The notes under the pieces are model-generated. The model saw only the letters and a list, made by a program, of their open reading frames with translations, searched no databases and was not told where the DNA came from. From a bacterium (GTDB lineage Bacteria > Patescibacteriota > Minisyncoccia > UBA6257 > HR35): DNA of 64,000 nucleotides. The stretch covers positions 38,101 to 102,100 of the forward strand of contig JBEQAR010000002.1 of the NCBI GenBank assembly GCA_041640295.1, written 5' to 3'. Positions within the stretch are counted from its first letter, which is position 1, and every line of letters starts with the position of its first letter. Positions 1 through 8,891 of this stretch are shown piece by piece. The translations under genes were made by a program, and so were the position numbers.

Positions 1-1386
1 ATATAAAAGAACATCAACTGGTTGATTAGGCTCAATATTAAAATCGTTTTTTAAATTCAAGTTAGTATCAAAAGCTGCTAAGTATTTTTTACGTACTCCA
101 CCATAAGAATAAAATCGACCGCCTACAAACAGATTTCTATTATTATCTATTTTTAAAACATTGACTCTATCATTTAATGTAAGATTAAAAGATGTTATTC
201 TACCACCAGAAGTAGCATTAACTGACATTAAATAAAACGGCTCCTGATTATTAAATGAACCGCCAACATATAATCTATTATTAGTTTTGTCTAAAGCTAA
301 AGCTAAAACAGAATCAACATCATTATCATCTTTATTAATAGAAGATGAGAAAGAAGAAATAATTGCTCCAGTGTTAGCATTTAAAGCAGTTAAATAAATT
401 GCCGGTGACGCAAACCTTCCTCCAATATAAAGATAATCATCATTTGTTGTTGGGGTATTAAAATCATTATATTCTAAAGCTAAAACAGCATAGTCTAGAT
501 TATTATTAGCTGGATTAAAACCAGATATACTACTTCCATTCGTTGGATTAAGAGCAGCAATATATTTTGTAGGTGTAGTAAAATAACCACCAACATATAA
601 TTTACTATTATCAGGTGATAAAAGCATTGTCCACACAACATCATTAATTGAAGTAGAGAATGTTTCGTTAATAGTAGAAGTGGCTGAAGTTGAATAGTTA
701 ATACTAGCTAAAAATTTTTTATTCGATGTAATATTGGTTATTAAATTTTTAATCCAAACAAATTGACCGCCAACATACAAAGTATTAGTATTGGGATGAA
801 CAACCAAAGAAAAAACATAATCTTCTGGTTCAAAAGAAAAAGTATTTATTAATTGTGGATTATTAAGATCACTAATATCAATTGCTACTAAATACTTCCG
901 ATTAAAATTTAATACTCGTTCAAAAGCACCTCCGATAAATAATATATTATCTTTTAAAGCCATAGCATAAACAGTATCATCAATACCAAGATTAAAATTA
1001 CAATTTACCCTTCCAGAAGAATCAATATATATTAATTTTGCTATTTGGCAATTACCGACTCTATTGAAATCACCACCAATAAACCAACCACCATTACCAT
1101 CTGAAATAGCTGACCAAACTATGCCATCTATTTTATCAACTAAATCACTAGCTGAACCTTGAGAAGAATTAACAATAAAAGCATTTCCTTTATATGGACC
1201 AAGATAAGTAAAATTACCTCCTATATAAACAGTATTAGTAGCAACCGCAATACTATTTACTGAACCATTTGGTACCCAATTAAAATTAAGTCTATTGTTT
1301 ATAGTTATAGCTAAAATATCTTTTGTTCCCACAAAAGAAAACAACAAGACACCTATAATTAAAATAATAATTTTATTTTTATTCAT
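1..1386 (-). CDS. Secreted beta-propeller-type repeat protein (delta-60/YVGG-like repeats). The N-terminus is complete and the C-terminus is cut by the window edge.
   Basis: A reverse-strand ATG (cat at 1384-1386) starts an open frame that runs to position 1. The N-terminal signal peptide reads MNKNKIIILIIGVLLFSFVG. A motif of the form L(Y/F)(V/I)GG-F recurs about every 50-60 aa, for example LYVGGQF, LFIGGAF, IYIGGRF and VYIGGNF, which is typical of propeller blades. Confidence 0.5.
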   Translation of the reverse strand, partial: MNKNKIIILIIGVLLFSFVGTKDILAITINNRLNFNWVPNGSVNSIAVATNTVYIGGNFTYLGPYKGNAFIVNSSQGSASDLVDKIDGIVWSAISDGNGGWFIGGDFNRVGNCQIAKLIYIDSSGRVNCNFNLGIDDTVYAMALKDNILFIGGAFERVLNFNRKYLVAIDISDLNNPQLINTFSFEPEDYVFSLVVHPNTNTLYVGGQFVWIKNLITNITSNKKFLASINYSTSATSTINETFSTSINDVVWTMLLSPDNSKLYVGGYFTTPTKYIAALNPTNGSSISGFNPANNNLDYAVLALEYNDFNTPTTNDDYLYIGGRFASPAIYLTALNANTGAIISSFSSSINKDDNDVDSVLALALDKTNNRLYVGGSFNNQEPFYLMSVNATSGGRITSFNLTLNDRVNVLKIDNNRNLFVGGRFYSYGGVRKKYLAAFDTNLNLKNDFNIEPNQPVDVLLY

Positions 1387-1387
1387 T

Positions 1388-2392
1388 TTATTTAAAATAA
1401 GATTTACGAATTTCATTCCAAATCTCATTACTTATTTTTACTTCTTTTTTTAAAAACTCTCTAGCGCTTTGAAAACTACTACCCAATTTTAAATCATTAA
1501 AAAATAAACTTGTTCCTGTTTTTTTAATTACACCCAATTTCTCTCCTAAATTTAATAAATCAGCTTCGTAGGAAATACCATCACCGTAATAAATTTCAAT
1601 TTCCGCTGTTTTAAATGGTGGAGCAACTTTATTTTTTACTACCCTAGCTTTAACTTTAATACCAATAATTTCATCGCCCCTTTTTATTTGACCAATTTTT
1701 TTAAGTTCTATTCTTACTGAAGCATAAAATTTTAATGCTTTTCCACCTGGAGTTGTTTCTTGGGCGCCAATCATTGCTCCTATTTGCGCTCTTGTTTGGT
1801 TTAAAAAAATTAATATCGTTTTTGTTTTTGAAATCAAAGCTGTTAATTTCCTTAAAGCTTGTGATATTAGCCTTGCTTGAAGTCCGATAAAATGATCACC
1901 AATCTCGCCCTCTAATTCAGCCTTAGGTGCTAAAGCAGCTACTGAATCAACAACAATTACATCAAATAAGCCAGACTTGACTAATCTTTCAACTAAATTT
2001 AAAGCATCTTCGCCAGAATCTGGTTGAGAAATAATTATTTTTTTAATATCAACGCCAATTCTTTTAGCGTATTCAGGATCAAGCGCATGTTCAGCATCGA
2101 TAAATGCCACATTTCCTCCCCTTTTTTGAGCTTCAGCAATTGTTTCTAAAGCTAAAGTAGATTTACCACTTGATTCTGGACCAAAAATTTCTATTATTCT
2201 TCCTCTGGGTAAACCACCAACTCCTAAAGCTAAGTCTAATGATGGTGAACCAGTTGAAATTACTTCAACATTAACTTTAGGAACAGACTCTAATGTCATT
2301 ACAGTTCCTTCACCAAATTCTTTTTGTAATTCTTGGAGTAAACTTTCTAAATTTTCTTTTCTATTTTCTTTTTCTGCTTTCTTTTTGTTCAT
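1388..2392 (-). CDS. recA: Recombinase RecA
   Basis: The protein is 334 aa. It has the Walker A sequence GPESSGKST and the RecA core motifs AFIDAEHALD and VVDSVAAL. It is colinear with RecA over its full length. Confidence 0.95.
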   Translation of the reverse strand: MNKKKAEKENRKENLESLLQELQKEFGEGTVMTLESVPKVNVEVISTGSPSLDLALGVGGLPRGRIIEIFGPESSGKSTLALETIAEAQKRGGNVAFIDAEHALDPEYAKRIGVDIKKIIISQPDSGEDALNLVERLVKSGLFDVIVVDSVAALAPKAELEGEIGDHFIGLQARLISQALRKLTALISKTKTILIFLNQTRAQIGAMIGAQETTPGGKALKFYASVRIELKKIGQIKRGDEIIGIKVKARVVKNKVAPPFKTAEIEIYYGDGISYEADLLNLGEKLGVIKKTGTSLFFNDLKLGSSFQSAREFLKKEVKISNEIWNEIRKSYFK

Positions 2393-2425
2393 ATTTAAAA
2401 ATTTTAAGTTAAATTATTTATAAAA

Positions 2426-2842
2426 TTAAAATTGAATATCCCAAATATTTCCTTCCTGATCAATATTGGTTTCAAAATCTTTAAATTCCTCTGTAGTTTC
2501 TTCTTCTATTGTTTTCGGACCAAAAGTTACATTTTCAGCAATAATTTCAGTGATAAATTTTTTTTGCCCATCAGGAGTAAGCCAATTACGATAATGAATT
2601 CTACCTTCAACAAAAATTAACCTCCCCTTGGTTAAATAATTTTTACATATCTCAGCTAATTTTCCCCAAGCGATTACTCGATGAAATTCTGTTTCATTGA
2701 CTTCCTGGTTATTTCTATCGCGGTAGTTGCGATTAGTCGCAATATTTAAAACTGCTATTTGATTTCCTGTTGGAGCAATTCGAAAATCAACTTCTTTAAC
2801 TAATCTACCTATTAAAAATACTTTATTTAGATTCATGAGCAA
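2426..2842 (-). CDS. ssb: Single-stranded DNA-binding protein
   Basis: The protein is 138 aa with an OB-fold N-terminus (VFLIGRLVKEVDFR...) and an acidic C-terminal tail ending DIQF. It lies directly downstream of rpsF, as in the conserved rpsF-ssb arrangement. Confidence 0.85.
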   Translation of the reverse strand: MLMNLNKVFLIGRLVKEVDFRIAPTGNQIAVLNIATNRNYRDRNNQEVNETEFHRVIAWGKLAEICKNYLTKGRLIFVEGRIHYRNWLTPDGQKKFITEIIAENVTFGPKTIEEETTEEFKDFETNIDQEGNIWDIQF

Positions 2843-3146
2843 TTGGTTGTTCTTTGGGAATAAATGCCTTTCTTTTGATTATAATAAATCTTAAAATATT
2901 AGCAATCTTTAGTAATTCTTGATTAATAATAGCTAAATTTTCTTTTTGTTCAATTTTAAAAATAATATACCCAAAATAACCAATCCTTTGTTTATTAATT
3001 GGATAGGCTAAATTCCGTTTTTTGGGTGATTCTTCAAAAATAATTTCAGCATTGTTGCTTGACAAAACTTTTTTGATTCTTTCTAAATCTTCATTAGTTT
3101 GACTTTCAATTTTTAACCAATAGCCTAATTCATAAATGTTTTTCAT
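2823..3146 (-). CDS. rpsF: 30S ribosomal protein S6. The track ORF extends to 3206, but the internal Met at 3146 fits the S6 N-terminus better.
   Basis: It carries the S6 signature RNLAYPI and the N-terminus MKNIYELGYWL. It lies directly upstream of ssb. Confidence 0.7.
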   Translation of the reverse strand: MKNIYELGYWLKIESQTNEDLERIKKVLSSNNAEIIFEESPKKRNLAYPINKQRIGYFGYIIFKIEQKENLAIINQELLKIANILRFIIIKRKAFIPKEQPIAHESK

Positions 3147-3209
3147 TTCTAGAAGATCTAAATTTTTTTTAAAATTAAATTTTTTAAAATTAAATTTAAA
3201 ATTCAAAAA

Positions 3210-3324
3210 GCTTTGCGGTACCTACTCTCGCGCCTTATCGGCACTACCATCGGCGCTAAGCCGTTTCACCTGCTTGTTCGGAATGGGTAAGGGTGTTTCC
3301 AGCTTAGCTATGCAACCACAAAGC
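3210..3324 (-). rRNA. rrf: 5S ribosomal RNA. It is an orphan, with no 23S gene adjacent.
   Basis: A GC-rich island sits in AT-rich DNA. Its reverse complement reads GCUUUGUGGUUGCAUAGCUAAGCUGGAAACACCCUUACCCAUUCCGAACAAGCAGGUGAAACGGCUUAGCGCCGAUGGUAGUGCCGAUAAGGCGCGAGAGUAGGUACCGCAAAGC. This contains the conserved 5S blocks CCGAAC, GUGAAAC, AGCGCCGAUGGUAGUG and GCGAGAGUAGG. The 5' and 3' ends pair over 10 bp to form helix I. Confidence 0.85.
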
Positions 3325-3339
3325 AATTTAATTATAAAA

Positions 3340-3765
3340 TTAAAATAATTTTTTTTCAAATATAATACTTTTTACTAATTTATCAGCTAATTTATTTTCT
3401 TCCCGAGGAATAATTTTTATTTCTAATAAAGGAAAATCAATTTTTAAATTCCAAAACTTAATAAATAATTTTTGTAATCTTTCCTCTTTTATTTTATATT
3501 TACCTAATAACTGATTACCAACCAATTCACTATCTAAATGAATAATTATTTTATTTGTTTTTATTTCCTTTTTCCCAAGAAGTTGTTTTAATTTTTTAAG
3601 AGCAAAGATAACCGCCAAATACTCCGCTTCATTATTGGTGATATTTTCTACCCTAACTTTATATAATTTATTTTTATTATTAATCATAATCACTACTCCC
3701 AACGCACCAATTCCATTTTCATTAATTACACCACCATCGGTCCAAACTTTTATTTCTTTTACCAT
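3340..3765 (-). CDS. rnhA: Ribonuclease HI
   Basis: The protein is 141 aa and has the RNase H motifs WTDGG, NNEAEYLA, HLDSELV and REENKLAD. Confidence 0.8.
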   Translation of the reverse strand: MVKEIKVWTDGGVINENGIGALGVVIMINNKNKLYKVRVENITNNEAEYLAVIFALKKLKQLLGKKEIKTNKIIIHLDSELVGNQLLGKYKIKEERLQKLFIKFWNLKIDFPLLEIKIIPREENKLADKLVKSIIFEKKLF

Positions 3766-4406
3766 TATTTCTTTTTGTTAATAAATTCCCTTAAGGGACA
3801 ATTTTTATGAGAGCAACGAGCCGGGCAATATTTTCTGCCATAATCAATTAATTTATATGGTAAATCACCCCATCTATTTTTAGGAATAATTTTCATTAAA
3901 TCTTGTTCGATTTTATCTGGATTAGAATGCTGACTTAAGCCGAAAAGCCTGCTTAATCTTCTGATATGAGTATCAACAGGAAAACCCTCAGCTTTTCTAT
4001 AAGCCTGCCACAAAATAATATTAGCAGTTTTTCTTCCTACCCCTGGTAATTTGATTAATTCATCAATTGTTTTAGGAAGTTTACCTTGATATTTTTCTTG
4101 AATAATTTTTGCTGCGGTTAAAATATATTTTGCTTTTTGTTTATATAAACCTAAACGACTAATATCTCGCGCAAATTCCTCTTCGTTTGCTTTCAGATAG
4201 TCTTTTAATGTTTTGTATTTTTGAAATAACTTTTCAGTAACTTGATTAACTACTTCATCTCGATTGCGAGCCGAAAGAACAACAGCTACAAATAATTCCC
4301 AAGGATTAGAAAATTTAAGAGCGATTTTGCTTGATGGAAAAAGTTTATCTAACTTTTGAATAATTTTTTTTGCTTTAATCTTTAAATTATTTAAAGAGGT
4401 ATTCAT
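3765..4406 (-). CDS. nth: Endonuclease III (HhH-GPD DNA glycosylase with an Fe-S cluster loop)
   Basis: The protein is 213 aa. It has the HhH motif LPGVGRKTANI and a conserved Asp in VDTHI. A C-terminal Cys cluster reads CPARCSHKNCP. Confidence 0.85.
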   Translation of the reverse strand: MNTSLNNLKIKAKKIIQKLDKLFPSSKIALKFSNPWELFVAVVLSARNRDEVVNQVTEKLFQKYKTLKDYLKANEEEFARDISRLGLYKQKAKYILTAAKIIQEKYQGKLPKTIDELIKLPGVGRKTANIILWQAYRKAEGFPVDTHIRRLSRLFGLSQHSNPDKIEQDLMKIIPKNRWGDLPYKLIDYGRKYCPARCSHKNCPLREFINKKK

Positions 4407-4417
4407 TGTAATCTAAC

Positions 4418-4612
4418 TTAAATTTTGTGAGTTTTTAGAACTTCTAAGATATTTTTTATTTGCTCTTCTTTTTGTTGATGTAATTTTCGCCACAACTCTT
4501 TACACTTTTTACAATTACCAGCATCTTTTAAATAATATTTCTTTATTCGCCACAAACTTCGATGTTCTTGGGTAAGCTGAGAAATAAGATTATAGATGTG
4601 ATTATTGTGCAT
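4418..4612 (-). CDS. Hypothetical small protein (64 aa)
   Basis: This is only an ORF that fills the gap between nth and thyX on the same strand. I recognised no motif in it. Confidence 0.25.
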   Translation of the reverse strand: MHNNHIYNLISQLTQEHRSLWRIKKYYLKDAGNCKKCKELWRKLHQQKEEQIKNILEVLKTHKI

Positions 4613-4651
4613 AGAAATAATAATAAAATTAATTACGACCTAAATTTAATT

Positions 4652-5587
4652 TTAAACTTTTTTCCAAGAAGTTGTTACTCCCCAAATTCCATCTTCGTAT
4701 TGAACTATTTGATAATCTTGAAACAAAATTGGTTCAACTAATGCTAAACAAAGAAAAATTCTAAAAAATAATTCCCTTATTTCTGTTTCTGCATAATTAT
4801 TAGCCCTCATTTCAATAGTATGTCGCCAGGCACGAATATTGGCAGTTACTACAATTGGTGCTTCGGTTTCGTTAGTAAATAAACTGCGCGCCGTTTGATT
4901 AATTTTTTTTCTTAATTCTGTTTGTAAATGTTTATCATCATCTTTTGTCGAAGGATTTAAAATTTTCAACTCCTCTCTTTTTTCTTGTAAAAGATCATAA
5001 AGTTTTTGGTATTCGTTTTTAATCCGATCAATTCTTTCTTCAAATAATCGGTGTAAATTTTCATCTTTTTGAAATTCAGGTCTTTCAACAAATCTAATTA
5101 ATTTACCAGAAACATATCTTTGACTTTGCTGAGAATAAGCAAAGCCAGCGCGATGCCTAACTAATTCATGCGTTAAACTTCTTGAAACTCCATAAAGCAA
5201 AAAAGTATAATAACTATGCTCTAAAACTGAGCCATGACCAGAAGACATAATGTTTTCAAAATATTTATCAGCATCTTTATTCCAAGTTCTTTTAGGGCCA
5301 AAAGACATATAACAAAGTTGTGCGGAAAATTTAATTAATTGCGTGCCATTAGTTAATTGATCAGGATCATTTAAATAATTTTCAAATTCATTTTGATAAC
5401 CAGCTAAAAATTCTTTAACATTTTCTAATTTGATTTCAGGCTTAGCAATCATTATTACTCCAGGTTGCTTTAAGTAAGGAGTACCATTTTGAGTAAAATA
5501 AACTTTTGAATTAATAACTGGAAAACCATCAATCAATTTTCCACCCAATGATTCAAATAAATTTTTAATTTGCGTTTTCGTGTTCAT
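4652..5587 (-). CDS. thyX: FAD-dependent thymidylate synthase ThyX, with an N-terminal extension
   Basis: It has the ThyX signature HELVRHRAGFAYSQQSQRY (the RHR...S and SQRY motifs). At 311 aa it is longer than typical ThyX proteins. Confidence 0.8.
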   Translation of the reverse strand: MNTKTQIKNLFESLGGKLIDGFPVINSKVYFTQNGTPYLKQPGVIMIAKPEIKLENVKEFLAGYQNEFENYLNDPDQLTNGTQLIKFSAQLCYMSFGPKRTWNKDADKYFENIMSSGHGSVLEHSYYTFLLYGVSRSLTHELVRHRAGFAYSQQSQRYVSGKLIRFVERPEFQKDENLHRLFEERIDRIKNEYQKLYDLLQEKREELKILNPSTKDDDKHLQTELRKKINQTARSLFTNETEAPIVVTANIRAWRHTIEMRANNYAETEIRELFFRIFLCLALVEPILFQDYQIVQYEDGIWGVTTSWKKV

Positions 5588-5693
5588 TTTATTAACTTCT
5601 TTTCAATTATAATCTTATTGCTTATAATTTAAATCTTAAAATAGAAAATTAAAATATACAAATTTTAAAATTTTAATATTCAAATTTTAAACA

Positions 5694-6254
5694 ATGAATA
5701 ATTTTAGAGAAAAAGCTTTACAACTTATTGATCAATATATCAATAACGAAAATTTAAAAAAACATCTTTTAGCAACTGAAGCCTTGATGAAAGCTTTAGC
5801 AAAAAAATTTAATCAGGATGAAATACTTTGGGGTTTAGCTGGTTTACTTCATGATTTAGATTGGGAAATAACCAAAGAAACCCCAGAAAAACATCCATTT
5901 GTAGCTGTTGAAATTTTGGAAAGAGAGAAATTTCCTGAAGAAATTATTTCTGCTATTAAAAAACATAATCATATTCACAATTTAGTACCAGAAACATTAC
6001 TTGAAAAAGCTCTTTATTGTTGCGAAGAAATAACAGGTTTAATTGTTGCTGTTGCTTTGGTAATGCCCAATAAAAAATTATCTGAAGTAACTGTTGATAA
6101 AATAATGTCAAAATTTAAAGAGAATTCCTTTGCTCGAGGGGTTAATCGTGAAATAATAAAACAATGTCAACCTATGTTAGGAATTACTGTTGAAGAATTA
6201 AGCCAAATAGCCCTATCTGCAATGCAATCAATAAGCGATCAATTAGGCTTATAA
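5694..6254 (+). CDS. HD-domain phosphohydrolase
   Basis: The protein is 186 aa. It has a His/Asp metal-binding pattern with H...LHDLDWE and a later KHNHIHN. Confidence 0.6.
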   Translation: MNNFREKALQLIDQYINNENLKKHLLATEALMKALAKKFNQDEILWGLAGLLHDLDWEITKETPEKHPFVAVEILEREKFPEEIISAIKKHNHIHNLVPETLLEKALYCCEEITGLIVAVALVMPNKKLSEVTVDKIMSKFKENSFARGVNREIIKQCQPMLGITVEELSQIALSAMQSISDQLGL

Positions 6255-6341
6255 GTTATCCACAAATTTTTATGTTGACTAAAATTAAATTTATTATTAA
6301 AATTTTACTAATTAAATCAAAACCAAATTAATTAAGCAAAT

Positions 6342-8129
6342 ATGAGCAAAATAAGAATATCTACAATTTATCCGGTTTTATTATTATTTACTTTTTTAAT
6401 ATTATCTAATTCCCTACAAGCTCAAACTATTCCTATGTGCTCTGCTCCCCAAAATTTACTTATTTGGCCTAATATGGCAACAAACACTATACCAGTGGCA
6501 TTAAGTTCTGGTGTTTTAACTAATTCACCAATTACTTATGCGTCTACAACTATTTTTTATGCGGGACAAAGAAGAGATACGGCCGAATTGATTAGAATTG
6601 GAAATTCTGTAAATATATGGAGTAGTAAAGCTACATCGAGAGGAAATAATTGGAGTAATTGGTTAAGGGTAAACTGGGGAGGGATAACTGTGAATGGTCC
6701 CAGAAGAAACTATCATAGTGGTGGTTCAATAACTTTTTTAGATGATTCAACTAGTACTGATAAGTTATTCTTAAATTATTTTACTATTGCTAATCATCCA
6801 TCGTATATGTATTGGCAAACAGAACTTGGAAATCAAAATGTTCCAATAGATGAACCATTATTCCATAATCCAATGAGTTCCGAATATGGTAACTTAAGAT
6901 TCTTCTACTCTGAATACAATCCTACAAATGAATCTATCAGGGGAAGGTTAGGAAGAGATATCCCGCCAGGAAATTATATATATAAAAATTTAATGACACT
7001 AACTTGGGATGGAAGGTTGCTTATTGGAACAACAACCAGAATTGGTTCTACAGGTAGTAATTTGGGAGTTAAAATAGAAGCAGATGATACAAGCAGATTT
7101 GCTGATCATATTAAAATTAACGCAGATATACCTTCTAATGCCACTAATCCCTGGTTTGGTTTTTCTGGTTCAGGATTGGGTCATCATCGAGGAGGTATAG
7201 CATTTAAAAATACAGGTGGTCGCAATGATCCAAGGGGAGATGTAGTTATTTGGGCAAGAAAGGGTGGCAATATAATATTAAATCCAGGAAATTCAATAGG
7301 TTCACAATTAACAACAGAATCAAATGGTAATGTGGGCATAGGAACAGATAATCCAACTGAAAAATTAGAAGTAGTTGGAAATATCAAAGCTAGTGGTTTT
7401 TGTCTTGGTAATGATTGTCGAACTACTTGGTCAGGTGCAGGTACATCTTATTGGATATTATCATTATCAGGAATAAATCTATATGCTACTCCAACTAATG
7501 TTAGAGTAGGTATTGGAACAACTAATCCAACAGAAAGATTGCATGTTATAGGAAATATTAAAGCAACAGGGACAATTTCAGCTGATACAATGCTATCTAG
7601 CGGCGGAAGCCTTAGAGTAAATTATGGTGCTAACCTAGCAATAAATGGAGGCAATGTGGGTATCGGTACCACTAACCCCCAAGCTAAATTACATGTTATA
7701 GGAGATATTAAATCTTCAGCAACAATCACTGCTCCGGTATTTTGTATAGGAAATAGCTGTCGTTCATCTTGGCCAGTTGGTGGCGGAGGAAGTATTAATG
7801 GTACAGCAAATTATATTGCTAAGTTTGCTAATAACAGTACTGTTATTAACTCTCAAATATTTGATAATGGAACCAATGTCGGCATCGGAACAACTAATCC
7901 AAGTGCTAAATTAGATGTTAATGGAGCAATAGCTGTTAAGAATGGTATTTATTTTTATGATAGTGGAATTAAAACTATTAATAGTGGATATGAAAATAGC
8001 AATATTTCTATTCAGGTCTCAAGCATAGAAAAAATTAACATTTCAAGAAATTATTTAGATTTAAAAGGAGAAACTAGAATTTATTCTTCTGATGGTTCAA
8101 GATTAATTTTAGGTATTAGCGAAGAATAA
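6342..8129 (+). CDS. Secreted protein with four tandem repeats resembling tail-fibre or collar repeats
   Basis: The signal peptide is MSKIRISTIYPVLLLFTFLILSNSLQAQ. Four repeats of about 45 aa share the consensus NVGIGT(T/D)NP-x-x-KL-x-V-x-G-x-IKA. They begin near nt 7323, 7497, 7650 and 7869. Two of them are followed by a disulfide-like C-x-G-N-x-C motif. Confidence 0.6.
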   Translation: MSKIRISTIYPVLLLFTFLILSNSLQAQTIPMCSAPQNLLIWPNMATNTIPVALSSGVLTNSPITYASTTIFYAGQRRDTAELIRIGNSVNIWSSKATSRGNNWSNWLRVNWGGITVNGPRRNYHSGGSITFLDDSTSTDKLFLNYFTIANHPSYMYWQTELGNQNVPIDEPLFHNPMSSEYGNLRFFYSEYNPTNESIRGRLGRDIPPGNYIYKNLMTLTWDGRLLIGTTTRIGSTGSNLGVKIEADDTSRFADHIKINADIPSNATNPWFGFSGSGLGHHRGGIAFKNTGGRNDPRGDVVIWARKGGNIILNPGNSIGSQLTTESNGNVGIGTDNPTEKLEVVGNIKASGFCLGNDCRTTWSGAGTSYWILSLSGINLYATPTNVRVGIGTTNPTERLHVIGNIKATGTISADTMLSSGGSLRVNYGANLAINGGNVGIGTTNPQAKLHVIGDIKSSATITAPVFCIGNSCRSSWPVGGGGSINGTANYIAKFANNSTVINSQIFDNGTNVGIGTTNPSAKLDVNGAIAVKNGIYFYDSGIKTINSGYENSNISIQVSSIEKINISRNYLDLKGETRIYSSDGSRLILGISEE

Positions 8130-8830
8130 TGTTTAAAAAAATTAGTGATATTATTTTTGAAAAAAGATTAGTAATTTTAGTGTTATGCTTAATGATTTCT
8201 TTATTATTATTCTTTTCTGCTTATAGCCAAGGACAAACGAGATTTACTGTTTTTAAGACAGATAATCGAGGGTTTAAGTTTATATTTAAAAACAACACAG
8301 TTTATACTCCAGCCTTATATGTAGCTGATATTGGATTAGGAACCTTTTTTAAGGTGCCAGGTTATTTATATATTCAAGAAATAGGCATAAACAACAGAAA
8401 CTCAAGCCAGGTAAGATGCGAATGTGATATAACCGATACAAATGTTGATTGCCCGGCTTATTATTATACTATTAATAACATGGGGCCAGTATGTTATGAT
8501 TGGTATAGAAGAGAAATAGCACAAGATCCGGTAGCCGCTAAATTTAATAAATATAACCAAAATGAGGGATTCTATGGAAGTTTTTTAAGGGTAGGTTGGG
8601 ATGGGAAGGTTGGTATATTGGGTGATTTGATAGTTGAAAAGAATGAAAACAATGATTGCGTTTGGATCCCAGGACCTGAAGAAAACAATTATAGAGATAT
8701 AGATGTAGTAAGCGGTGTAGCAGAAACAATATGTCCGTCAGGTTATTTTATGAAGGGAATTAGATTTAGGGGTTCATCGCGAGATGTTAACTCATTGGAT
8801 ATGTGGAGTATTCAGTGTTGTAAATTGTAA
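8129..8830 (+). CDS. Cys-rich secreted or membrane-anchored protein, translationally coupled to the upstream repeat protein
   Basis: The upstream stop and this start overlap as TAATG at 8127-8131. There is an N-terminal hydrophobic anchor, and 11 Cys residues include CECD, a DCPAYYY motif and a C-terminal QCCKL. Confidence 0.5.
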   Translation: MFKKISDIIFEKRLVILVLCLMISLLLFFSAYSQGQTRFTVFKTDNRGFKFIFKNNTVYTPALYVADIGLGTFFKVPGYLYIQEIGINNRNSSQVRCECDITDTNVDCPAYYYTINNMGPVCYDWYRREIAQDPVAAKFNKYNQNEGFYGSFLRVGWDGKVGILGDLIVEKNENNDCVWIPGPEENNYRDIDVVSGVAETICPSGYFMKGIRFRGSSRDVNSLDMWSIQCCKL

Positions 8831-8891
8831 ATTATTCTAAAAATAATTTAAAATTTTTTTAACTATAATTAACTCTAAATATAAATAAAAC

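Noticed and set aside
2432-2620. 62-aa plus-strand ORF
   Set aside because: It is antisense and sits inside ssb. It is AT-rich and low-complexity.
3136-3348. 70-aa plus-strand ORF
   Set aside because: It overlaps the 5S rRNA gene and the rpsF start. It is an artefact of the GC-rich island.
7184-7387. Antisense ORFs inside larger genes: 7184-7387, 8544-8729, 12895-13092, 17203-17412, 28934-29122, 34014-34220, 41323-41511, 48398-48586, 57115-57339, 57990-58223, 59239-59493 and 62221-62445
   Set aside because: Each is fully contained in a well-supported gene on the opposite strand, and none has a recognisable motif.
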